A stretch of 64,000 nt of DNA. Origin: Heptranchias perlo (lineage: Eukaryota). The notes under the pieces were generated by a model. The model was given only the letters and a program-made list of their open reading frames with translations. It had not been told where the DNA came from and searched no databases. The stretch is taken from the NCBI RefSeq assembly GCF_035084215.1, contig NC_090325.1:51212001-51276000 (forward strand). The letters are read 5' to 3'. Below are positions 53,518 to 64,000 of this stretch, in pieces (position 1 is the stretch's first letter; every line of letters starts with the position of its first letter). Both the position numbers and the translations under genes were made by a program.

Positions 53518-54617
53518 CTACTCCTCAGCCTCTTCCTCCTCCTGCTCCTCTGCCTCTTCCTCCTCAGCCTCCTCCTCCTCCTTCACCTCTGGCTCAGGAT
53601 CTTCTCCAGTCATTGGTGGCAAAGGCTGGTCCCTCATGATGGCAAGGTTGTGCAGCATGCAGCAGACCACCAAGAATCTGCCCAACCGCTCAGGGGAGTA
53701 CTGCAGGGCTTCTCCAGACCGGTCTAGGCAGCAGAAGCCTTGTTTGAGGAGGCCTATCGTGCGCTCCACGATGTTGCGTGCGGCAGCATGGCTCTCATTA
53801 TAGGCCTGCTGTGCACGTGTGCATGGATTCCTGAACGGTGTCATGAGCCACGTCATGAGGGGATAGCCCTTGTCACCTAGTAGCCAGCCTTTGACTTGCC
53901 GAGTCAGATGAAAGATAGCTGGCACATTGGACTGCCGCATGACGAAGGCATCGTGACTGCTCCCAGGGTTGCAGGCATCGATTTCCAAGATGTGATGCGT
54001 GTGGTCGCACACCAGCTGCATGTTGAGGGAATGGAAGCCCTTTCGGTTGACTAAGAGAGCCGAGTTGATGTGAAGGGCACGCAGGGCAATATGTGTGCAG
54101 TCCATGGCACCCTGCATCATGGGGAAGCCAGCAATGTGGGCGAACCCCCGTGCTCACTCGTTCTGATTGTCTCTGTGGAGAGGGAAGATGATGAACCTGT
54201 TCCTCATGTGGTACAGTGCGTCTGTGACCTCCCTTATGCAGCAGTGCACCGCATTCTGCGAGATGTTGCACGTCGCCAGCAGAGGCCTGAAATGCTGCTG
54301 AGCCGTAGAAATTCAGTGTCACGGTGACCTTCACAGTCACAGGCAATGCTGTCCTCGCCCTGCTCTGAGGCTGCAGTTGTGGCCACACCAGTTGACAGAT
54401 CTTGGTGACAGCTCAGCCATTGCATGCAATCCTCCTCGGTCATGTTGAGGTAAGAAAATTGGTCCTGGAAGGCCCTCATTGGGTAGGGCCTTCTGCTCAG
54501 TGCCCTGCGCCTCCTCGTCCTCCGTCTCCTCCCAGCTTGACCTGCTGGGCGTAGCCTCTCTGCATGCTCCCAGTCGTGCTCAATGCCCAACAGGAGTCCT
54601 AGCAGACCACCCATGGT
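53518..54617 (-). pseudogene. Harbinger transposase (HARBI1-like DDE), frameshifted
   Basis: GAMDCTHI, NRKGFHSLNMQLVCD, PGSSHDAF, WLLGDKGYP, RNIVERTIGLLK and an acidic tail; the N-terminal part is split over several frames. Confidence 0.9.
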
Positions 54618-56429
54618 TGGCAGGAGTGTTGTTCCACCAGGTTTGTCACTTTCCGACCCGTAAGGCAATACCTGCCAAAGCACTCTCAAAAGTAGTGTAG
54701 GAACTCTCAATAAGAATAGGGAGCTTTAAAAAACACTTGCTGCTCCTCCAGCAGCCAGTAGCAATAATCCAGCAACTAACCTGCAACACCTGCATGGCCC
54801 TTTAAGTAGCGCTGGTGGGGGGTCCTTCAGGCACTGTAAGAAATGTTTAGATGGTCGGGGATAAGACTGTGCGTTGAGTTGAGTATTAAGGTCCAAAATT
54901 GTGTGTATCACTTTAAATCAGCGTTGCACACTGATTGCAGCCATTTTCTCCCTATTTTACATGCTTCCAGCATTCGGGATTAGCCATCTTGGATGTCAGA
55001 GAGACCGTGTAGCGCCGAAACAACGGGCGCTACATGGCCCAATTTAGCGCCCCTCGTATCCAGGAATATTTAGTACCCAATCCTGCCCTTTTTTGAGCCA
55101 GGTCTCCATTATCGCCACGATATCATTCCCATGTGGCTAATTGCACCTGCAGCTCACCAACGCTTCGTGCGTTTACACACATGCACTCTAAACCTATCTT
55201 AGATCTTCTTGTATTCTTGCTTAATCTGATCCCACCTAATACCGTACTATTTTTTACTCTAGTGCTATCTGTCTCTCCCAATCCTTTGTGCACCTTGTTT
55301 CTCCTTTCTAATGCTACATCCTGGTGCCCATCCCCCTGCCAATTTAATTTAAACCCTCCCCCACAGCACTAGTGAACCTCCCCATGAGGACATTGCTCCC
55401 AGCTCTGTTGAGGTGTAACCCATCCGGCCTGCATAGGTCTCACCTCCCCCAGAACTGATCCCAATTCCCCAGGAATCTAAAGCCCTCCCTCCTGCACTAT
55501 CTCTCCAGCCACACATTCATCTGCTCTATCCTCCTATTTCTATACTCACTAGCGTGTGACACAGGGAGTAATCCGGAGATTGCTACCTTTGAGGTCCTGC
55601 TTGTTAATCTCTTTCCTAACTCCTTAAAATCTGCCTGCAGGACCTCATCCCTCTTTCTACCTATGTCATTGGAATGCTGCGATCTGATTGGTTGAGGGGA
55701 GAGTGTGATCCTCTCGCTTCTCCCAGCTTCACTTGAATAGAAATTCTTTCTAACTGTAATTTCTACGCTAATGTATTTTCAACTTCTAAGATGCAGCTCA
55801 GCCAAGGGGCTCACATTTGCTTAAGGTGCCTTTAGTTGATTCCATTTGTGAACCAAAATGCATGTGTCAGAAATTTGATATAGAAGATAATTGTCATGCT
55901 TCATTTACTCAGCCTTTGCTACCAGATCAAGATCTACGATAATATGCTAGAGACTTATGAGCAGTTCTTATACTCCAATGAGGCTGTCTAAGACAGGTAA
56001 TCCAAATCTGTTGAGGGTATCTGGTAAAATGTAAAATCATAGTCTACCTCTGACTTATACAGCATATAATTAATGGGAATCAGTAAGATGAATAGGAATA
56101 TCTCCTTGAAGGCTAGCTTGTCAATTTAACTTTGCAGTGAGGTTGCTGTCAATGAGAACAGATTGCCACAGTGCTTCGGGCACTGGAGCCCCATAGTTTC
56201 AGGCATGGAGGCCTGAGGCCTGATCTGTGCCTAATCAAAGTATCACTGGAGTTGTTAATGTGCTCATTTGCATGCAGCTATGAATATTCTTGTGCATGTA
56301 CCCCTATTTGCAGGTTCTGGAGGAGAAGAAGAAGGATCAGAAGAGGCAAGGCAGACAGATGCAATTACACTATATACACTCCTTTCAAACTACTCTTCCA
56401 ACTTTCCAAAACTCCCATGCTGATACACC

Positions 56430-56865
56430 ACAATAATTCTCATTCATACAACTCCCCAGTCCTCACCGACCTCCATGAGCTCTTGGTCATTCAACATATA
56501 GATTTTAAATTTTTGTTCCTGTCGATAAATTGGCCCGGCCTATCTCTACAAGCTCTAGTCCTATAACTCCTCCCAAATGCTCCATTCCTCCAACTCCACC
56601 TGCCTATTAAACCCCACACCTTTAGCCCTACCATTGGTAGTAGAACCTTCAGGTATATCAGTCTTGCACTCTGGAATTCTCTCCCTCAACTTCTTCAGTT
56701 CTCCATCTTTCTTTCCAACGTCAAAGGTTTCTCAAATCCAATCTGTTTAGCCAAGTTTCCTCCCCCCCCACCCATTCCATTTCTTAATGGCTTGTATTCA
56801 TTCCCAATTGCCATCTATGAAGCACCTTGGGGAAATATCTACATTAAAAGCACTATACAAGTTGC
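56430..56865 (+). mobile_element. Decayed L2 3' end
   Basis: SPVLTDLH and tail AAAAGCACTATACAAGTTG. Confidence 0.6.
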
Positions 56866-57039
56866 TGCAGTTTCTCTGTTAAAAATGCTTGTCACTGTAG
56901 GATTGGTGACACAGCGTGCTGGGAATGCTGGATTAAGGCTGCATCTTGGGCTCCACCACTTCCTTGTGGGCACCTGGAGGAGCAGAAGAATATACTTTAC
57001 AACACTTGAAGTAAGACACTCCTAAAAAATTGCTGCACA

Positions 57040-58470
57040 TAAGGAGGGAGAGAGAAAACAGGAAACTACAGGCCAGTTAGCGTGACAGTGGTCTTCGGAA
57101 AAGTGCTGGAATCTATTATTAAGGAAGTGGTAACAGGGCACTTGGAAAATCATAATATGATTAGGCAGAGTCAACATGGTTTTAGGAAAGGGAAATCATG
57201 TTTGACAAATCTATTAGAGTTTTTTGAGGATGTAACTAGCAGGGTAGATAAAGGGGAACCAGTGGATGTAATATATTTGGATTTTCAAAAGGCATTCGAT
57301 AAGGTGCCACATAAAAGGTTGTCACACAAAGTAAGGGCTCATGGGGTTGGGGGTAATGTATTAGCAGTGGATAGAGGAATGGTTAAAGGACAGAAAACAG
57401 AAAGTAGGAATAAACAGGTCATTCTCAGGTTGGCAGGCTGTAACTAGTGGGATGCCACAAGGATCAGTGCTTGGGCCTCAGCTATTTACAATCTATATTA
57501 ATGACTTAGATGAAGGGACTGAGTGTAATGTATCCAAGTTTGCTAATGATACAAAGGTGATCCTAGGTGGGAAAGTAAGCTGTGAGGAGGACACAAAGAG
57601 CCTGCAAAGGGATATAGACAGATTAAGTGAATGGGCAAAAAGGTGTCAGATGGAGTATAATGTGCGGAAATGTGAGGTTATTCATTTTGGTAGGAAGAAT
57701 AGAAAAACAGAATATTTTTTAAATGGTGTGAAACTATTAAATGTTGATATTCAGAGAGACTTGGGTGTCCTCATACAAGAAAGACAAGAAGTTAGTATGC
57801 AGGTACAGCAAGCAATTAGGAAAGCAAATGGCATGTTGGCCTTTATTGCAAGGGGGTTGGAGTATAAGAGTAAGGAAGTCTTACTACAGTTATAGAGGGC
57901 TTTAGTGAGACCTCGTCCGGAGTACTGCGTACAGTTTTGGTCTCCTTATCTAAGGAAGGATATACTTGCCTTGGAGGTGGTACAACAAAGGTTCACTAGA
58001 TTAATTCCTGGGATGAGCGGGTTGTCTATGAGGAAAGGTTGAGTAGAATGGGCTTAGTCTCTCTGGGGTTTAGAAGAATGAGAGGTGATCTCATTGAAAC
58101 ATATAATATTATTAGGGGGCTTAAAAGGGTAGATGCTGACAGATTGTTTCTCTTGGCTAGAGTCTAGAACTAGGGGCATAGTCACAGGATAAGGGGTTGG
58201 CCATTCAAGACTGAGATGAGGAGGAATTTCTTCACTCAGAGGGTGTGAATCTTTGGAATTCTCTACCCCAGAGGGCTGTGGATGCTGAGTCGTCGAGTAT
58301 ATTCAAGGCAGAGATCGATAGATTTTTGAACTATAGGGGAATCAAGGGATAAGGGGATCGGGCGAGAAAGTGGAGTTGAGGTCGAAGATCAGCCATGATC
58401 TGATTGAATGGCGGAGCAGGCTCGAGGGGCTGTATGGCCTATGCCTGTTCCTATTTCTTATGTTCTTATA
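57040..58470 (+). mobile_element. CR1 LINE, 5'-truncated RT and 3' UTR
   Basis: [45 protein letters not shown]. Confidence 0.93.
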
Positions 58471-58480
58471 GCAAGACATA

Positions 58481-59263
58481 GGGGCAGAAATCGCTTGCAA
58501 AATGACGGTGAGCTCAACAGCACTCTCCGTTGTTAGTGGAGAATTGAAGGAGCAAGTTCCGGCGTTTGCACATGCGCAGTGAAACGTGGAAATCTGGAAC
58601 TTGCTCCTACTGGTTCACCGGCGATATGACAGCTTCGAATTAAAGGGACATCGCATGCTGCAATCGGAGAAGTCATTGAAAAAGTGCAATCTTTCTTATT
58701 TCCCAGCTGGAAAGTAACTAATTACGCCACAAAACAGTTACGCTTAAAAATACAGGTCTAAACTAAGTTTTAACAGCACGGTTAGTCTTAATGACTGCCA
58801 AACAACTAAAAATTAACTTTTAAAAATGTGGAGTCTCATTATTCCTTATTTTAATAGTTTTTGGTCATAAAAAATAATTAAATTAAAAGATTAATTTTGT
58901 TTTACTTTTCCCTTCTGTCTCTTTTATTTAATTCAATTATTTCTTACCCTCTCTTTATTCGCTGTCTATAACTGTTTTTACATTGATTTTAATGTTATAC
59001 CTTTCACTTGCTGGTTTAACGTACCAAGACGGCAGAGACAGTGAACGCAGCCTGTCAAAAATGCGGCAATCTGATTGGTCGAGGCCAGAGATCGCTCCTC
59101 TCACTTCTCCCAGGGTCCTAGACCCGGCTGAACTGACGCTGGGCTCTCTTCCGCTTCCTATTCAAGGAAGTGGCCGAAGAAAAGGCTGCGGTAAGTTAGT
59201 GGATTAGTATAAATCTATGGAGCGGCGAGCAGTTGGTTCGCCGCTCCAAGCAATTTTTGCCCC
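58481..59263. mobile_element. Harbinger-type MITE (about 780 bp)
   Basis: Terminal inverted repeats GGGGCAGAAATCGC / (rc) GGGGCAAAAATTGC (12/14); flanks ATA/ATT; no coding capacity. Confidence 0.75.
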
Positions 59264-59434
59264 ATTGTAGTGTGTTACACTGAAGTGCTGCATTGTGATG
59301 GAGTGGATGAGTGAAGAGTTAAAGAATGAAAAGCAAAGCATGCTAGTCCTGAGCTTGGGAAAGGCCTCCAACTTTGGAGGCCCCCACCATTCCCTCTATT
59401 GCCTCCGTGCCCATGATCTCTGTAGTCCTAATCT

Positions 59435-61203
59435 TGGGAGGAGGAGGCTCTGTAAACATCCCCATCCTCAATGATGGCGGAGTCCAGCAGATGAGTGCAA
59501 AAGACAAGGCTGAAGCGTTTGCAACCATCTTCAGCCAGATGTGCCGAGTGGATGATCCATCTCAGCCTCCTCCCGATATCCCCACCATCACACAAGCCAG
59601 TCTTCAGCCAATTCGATTCACTCCATGTGATATCAAGAAACGGCTGAGTGTACTGGATACGGCAAAGGCTATGGGCCCTGACAACATCCCGGCTGTAATG
59701 CTGAAGACTTGTGCTCCAGAACTAGCCGCGCCTCTCGCCAAACTGTTCCAGTATAGCTACAAAACTGGCATCTACCCAACAATGTGGAAAATTGCCCAGG
59801 TATGTCCTGTCCACAAAAAGCAGGACAAATCCAATCCAGCCAATTACCGCTCCATCAGTCTACTCTCAATCATCAGCAAAGTGAAGGAAGGTGTCGTCGA
59901 CAGTGCTATCAAGTGGCACTTACTCACCAATAACCTGCTCATCGATGTTCAGTTTGGGTTCCACCAGGACCACTCGGCTCCAGACCGCATTACAGCCTTG
60001 GTCCAAACATGGACAAAAGAGCTGAATTCCAGAGGTGAGGTGAGAGTGACTGCCCTTGACATCAAGGCAGCATTTGACCGAGTGTGGCACCAAGGAGCCC
60101 TAGTAAAATTGAAGTCAATGGGAATCAGGGGGAAATCTCTCCAGTGGCTGGAGTCATACCAAGCACATACCTAGTGCTTGTTGGAGGCCAATCATCTCAG
60201 CCCCAGGACATTGCTGCAGGAGTTCCTCAGGGCAGTGTCCTAGGCCCAACCATCTTCAGCTGCTTCATCAATGACCTTCCCTCCATCATAAGGTCAGAAA
60301 TGGGGATGTTCGCTGATGATTGCACAGTGTTCGGTTCCATTCGCAACCCCTCAGATAATGAAGCTGCTCATTCCCGCTTGCAACAAGACCTGGACAACAT
60401 CCAGGCTTGGGCTAATAAGTGGCAAGTAACATTCGTGCCAGGCAATGACCATCTCCAACAAGAAAGAGTCTAACCACCTTCCCTTGACATTCAATGGCAT
60501 TACCATCACCAAATCCCCCACCATCAACATCCTGGGGGTTACCATTGACCAGAAAATTAACTGGGCCGGCCATATAAATACTGTGGCTACAAGAGCAGGT
60601 CAGAGGCTGGGTATTCTGCAGCGAGTGACTCGCTTCCTGACTCCCCAAAGCCTTTCCACCATCCATCACACTCCTAACTTGTGCCTTATAGAATACTCTC
60701 CACTTGCCTGGATGAGCGCAGTTCCAACAACACTCAAGAAGCTCGACACTATCCAGGACAAAGCAGCCTGCTTGATTGGCACCCCTTCCACCACCCTAAA
60801 CATTCACTCCCTTCACTACCAGCGCACTGTGGCTTCAGTGTGTACCATCCACAGGATGCACTGCAGCAACTCGCCAAGGCTTCTTCGACAGCACCTCCCA
60901 AACCCGCGACCTCTACCACCTAGAAGGACAAGGGCAGCAGGCACATGGGAACAACACCACCTGCATGTTCCCCTCCAAGTCACACACCATCCCAAATTGG
61001 AAATATATCGCCGTTCCTTCATCGTCGCTGGGTCAAAATCGTGGAACTCCCTACCTAGCAGCACTGTGGGAGAACCTTCACCACATGGACTGCAGCGGTT
61101 CAAGAAGGCGGCTCACCACCACCTTCTCAAGGGCAATTAGGGATGGGTAATAAATGCTGGCCTCGCCAGCGACGCCCACATCCCATCAACGAATAAAAAA
61201 AAA
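59435..61203 (+). mobile_element. Non-LTR retrotransposon (CR1/L2 group, distinct family) with polyA tail
   Basis: [43 protein letters not shown]; ends AATAAAAAAAAA. Confidence 0.92.
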
Positions 61204-62039
61204 TAAGGAGCTTTGGTGGCTCTCCCTCTTGTCTGTTTGCACTGCCTCTTATTATTTCCAGACCTCTCCTACAAGCAGATGTAAAAAGGACATATGGTGG
61301 AAAGAAGATGGTGAGAGAATATGACTGTCACCCAAGTACCAAGAACAGTAGCCATCTTTAATGAGTTTGTGAACATGTGGAATTAATAATCTTGTGCTGG
61401 CATACTAGTTGGTACTTGTTACTTGCTGCATTTAATGAATGATGCAGTCAGCTCTTTGATATGGTGAGGCTACACAGTGCAATGCACAAACATGAGCATG
61501 TCTGTGTGTTTAGAAAAATTAACATTTGCCAGAATTTACTTCATTCTCCCTCTGTGATGCTGTACCAAACTTTATACTGAAGAGCAATGAAGAAGCTTGA
61601 CAAACAACCTATTAAGATGTTGCTGCATGTTCGTACACTTATTTGGACAACTTTGCATAGGTCAAAAAAATGACTTTGTCACCTGGTCCCAGCTTTGGAC
61701 CATAGATAAGACTGTGTTTATGCCGTCAGTTGCCACCATCCATGCTGCTCTGGCTGTAATCTTTATTGCAGAGTGAACTTTTTTCCAACCAGGGCCACCA
61801 TTCAGGAGGATAGTGACAATGCACTCACACATTTGATGTGATTTATGCTGATCACCATGTCCCTCATGAGGAGTTTGTGGCATTTGCTGTTATCGATTTA
61901 TTTTTAGTTTACTTTAAATGGTTTACATCACCATTAAAATAGCGGAGAGAGGAATTTAACATAACTGTGTTAAACATTTGTATGATAATATTGCTCCCAA
62001 TAATTTTTAGGCATTTATGAATCACATGCTTACACTTAC

Positions 62040-62074
62040 CTCAGAATTTCTTTCCTTGTGAAGACAGTACAATC
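62040..62074 (-). CDS. CIB2/CIB3-like, exon 2
   Basis: 35 nt, tttttaaag acceptor, AG|gtaagt donor. Translates DCTVFTRKEIL(R). The 35/112/148/196/22-nt exons splice in frame to 170 aa plus stop. Confidence 0.92.
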
Positions 62075-62513
62075 CTTTAAAAAGAAAACAGAATATTTTT
62101 TAATTGTACCTTTTTTTCAGTTTGTCACATGTAATAAATTATGTTCACTCCAAATCCCAAAATACTTTAACAAGCTTTTCTAATATTAAATACCGTGAAA
62201 ACTGAAAATGATACTTCCAATAAATTTGACAATTTGAACCATTTATCTGGTTCCTTAAAAGTGGCATATTCAGGCATTGGGGATATTTTCTTCACATCCT
62301 CAAATATTCACAATTGAAACACTTTCACAGTTAAGTTTTACTAGGAAACACTAGCATAATAGTCAATTCTAGGTAATTTAGAGAGATTCCTTATGGAACC
62401 TTACAATAAAAATGTCACGAATGTATTATATTTACTTATGCTATCCATGGTAGAAAAAGTTACTGTTATTGTATATTTTTGTACAATAACCAAAAGCATC
62501 ATAAAGACACAAT

Positions 62514-63270
62514 GGCCCAGAATTTGCTCTGAGCAGCGAACAAACGGTGCCCGCCACTCAATAGATTGAAACATGCCCTCAAACGATCCACGGGCTTTAG
62601 TGCAAGAACTTCTAATGGTGAGCTGCAAAAAGTGCAGCGTCCTCTCCCGGGAACCTGTGAGCTGTGTGAGCAGGGAAAGGATCTTTCTCTCCCCTCGACC
62701 AATCAGATTGAAGCATCCTTGGCACGCCATGCAGTCAGAACCAGGAAGTGCAAACTACAGCAGTTAATTCAATGTAAAATCAGTTAGAGAAAGTGAAATA
62801 AAGAGAGGGTAAGAAATATTGAATTAAAAGACAGAGATAAAAGAGACAAATAAAAAGTAAAAAAAATTTTAAATGTTTTTTAAATCTCCAACAACAATTA
62901 AAATTGGGAGGAATGAGACTCCACATTTTTAAAAGTTAATTTTCAGTGGCAGAGAAGTTGTTTGACTGTCATTAAGTCTTACCATGCCGTTAAAAGTTAG
63001 TTTAGACCTAAAAAATCCAGCGTACCATTTTCCGTGTAGATTAGTTCGTTTCCAGCTGGACAATGCAGCAACTGCGTGCTGGTCCATTCATTTCACCAGC
63101 AAGCTGTCCTTCCCATGCAGCTTTCAGATGAGCAGGGAATTCCTTGTAGCAACTTCCGGATTTGCGCCTTTGACTGCATGCGCACTCGCCAAAAGTTGCT
63201 CTTCCATTTTCCCTTAAATAACGGTGGGCACTGTTCGGCTCTCCGTTATTTTTGGAGCAAATTCCAGGCC
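62514..63270. mobile_element. Harbinger-type MITE, same family as 58481-59263, inverted
   Basis: Terminal inverted repeats GGCCCAGAATTTGCTC / (rc) GGCCTGGAATTTGCTC (14/16); AAT duplication; shares AATGAGACTCCACATTTTTAAAAGTTAATTTT with the rc of about 58810-58840. Confidence 0.8.
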
Positions 63271-63604
63271 AATATCTGGCTAGACATTTTGCAATAAAGT
63301 CAGGCCAGATGCTACAACCTCACTTCAGTAAAAACCTATTATAAACAAATGGTAAAACCTACCTTTCAGGCAGATTGTTCTTGCAGACCTAGCAGTGCTG
63401 GGTTCCCTACGATATGTTGTAACCATGCACCAAAGACTATTCATTTAGTCACACCATTGATAGCTAACCCTACTCCCCCTTCCCCTTCTCCCTCCCCTCA
63501 ACACAATCCTGATGGTTTATCTGGTTAAGGCAGTAATTAGCTGAGCCATATAGACTATGAGGTTCACAGGTTTGATCCACCAGCCGATCTCAGCAGAGGC
63601 AGCG

Positions 63605-64000
63605 GTAAAGAAAGAAAGAACTTGTATTAATATAGCGCCTTTCACAACCTCAGGAAGTCCCAAAGCGCTTGACAGCTAATGAAGTAATTTTGAAGTGTAG
63701 TCACTGTTGTAATGTAGGAAACGTGGCAGCCAAATTGCACACAGCAAGGTGCCACAAACATCAATGTGATAATGACCAGATCATCTGTTTTAGTAATATT
63801 GGTTGGAAGATAAATGTTGGCCAGGACACTGGGGAGAACTGCCCTGTTCTCTTCAAAATTGTGCCATGGGATCATTTACCCCCACCTGAGGGGGCAGACA
63901 GGGGCTTGATTTAATGTTTCATCCGAAAGGCAGCACCTCCAACAGTGTAGCACTCCCTCAGTACTGCACTGAAGTGTCAGCCTAGATATTGTACTAATGT
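63605..64000 (-). mobile_element. Deu-SINE (runs off the window)
   Basis: Reverse complement of the 48905 element. Confidence 0.85.

Larger units (their letters stand above)
51073..55052 (+). mobile_element. PIF/Harbinger DNA transposon 2, nested in a CR1 LINE
   Basis: Ends GGGGGAAAAATT / (rc) GGGCGCTAAATT; Myb gene on +, transposase on -. CR1 endonuclease-region sequence resumes on both sides (cacctt|gtatccagg). Boundaries are uncertain by about 1 nt. Confidence 0.88.
49347..55670 (-). mobile_element. CR1 LINE with internal RT deletion (about 50215), split by Harbinger 2
   Basis: ORF2 frames 49737-50171, 50348-50740 and 50771-51028 (endonuclease GVFYRPP, NFNYPNIDW); continues at 55053-55670. 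Confidence 0.88.

Noticed and set aside
53518-54120. Host HARBI1 gene
   Set aside because: It is frameshifted upstream and lies inside a terminal-repeat-bounded element inserted in a LINE.
26693-62074. Assigning the symbol CIB2 or CIB3 (and SH2D7 or HSH2D to its neighbour)
   Set aside because: Diagnostic residues are mixed; orthology needs phylogeny and synteny.

Overview
Vertebrate genomic DNA; the repeat content (shark-type CR1 and L2 LINEs, Deu-SINEs, Harbinger and Penelope-type elements) suggests a cartilaginous fish, which is an inference. Two host genes lie tail-to-tail. On + is an SH2-domain adaptor of the SH2D7/HSH2D/SH2D2A group (5 coding exons, 159-19219). On - is a CIB2/CIB3-like EF-hand gene (coding exons 2-6, 62074-26693; exon 1 was not found and is probably beyond the window). 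Introns and the intergenic gap hold many LINE/SINE fragments, two PIF/Harbinger transposons (Myb/SANT gene plus convergent transposase) with related MITEs, a 4.5-kb CpG-rich minisatellite, and three short Penelope-type insertions with target-site duplications. Two of those insertions are near-perfect 81-85-bp palindromes carrying minimal hammerhead-ribozyme motifs. All calls were made by eye; no searches were run.
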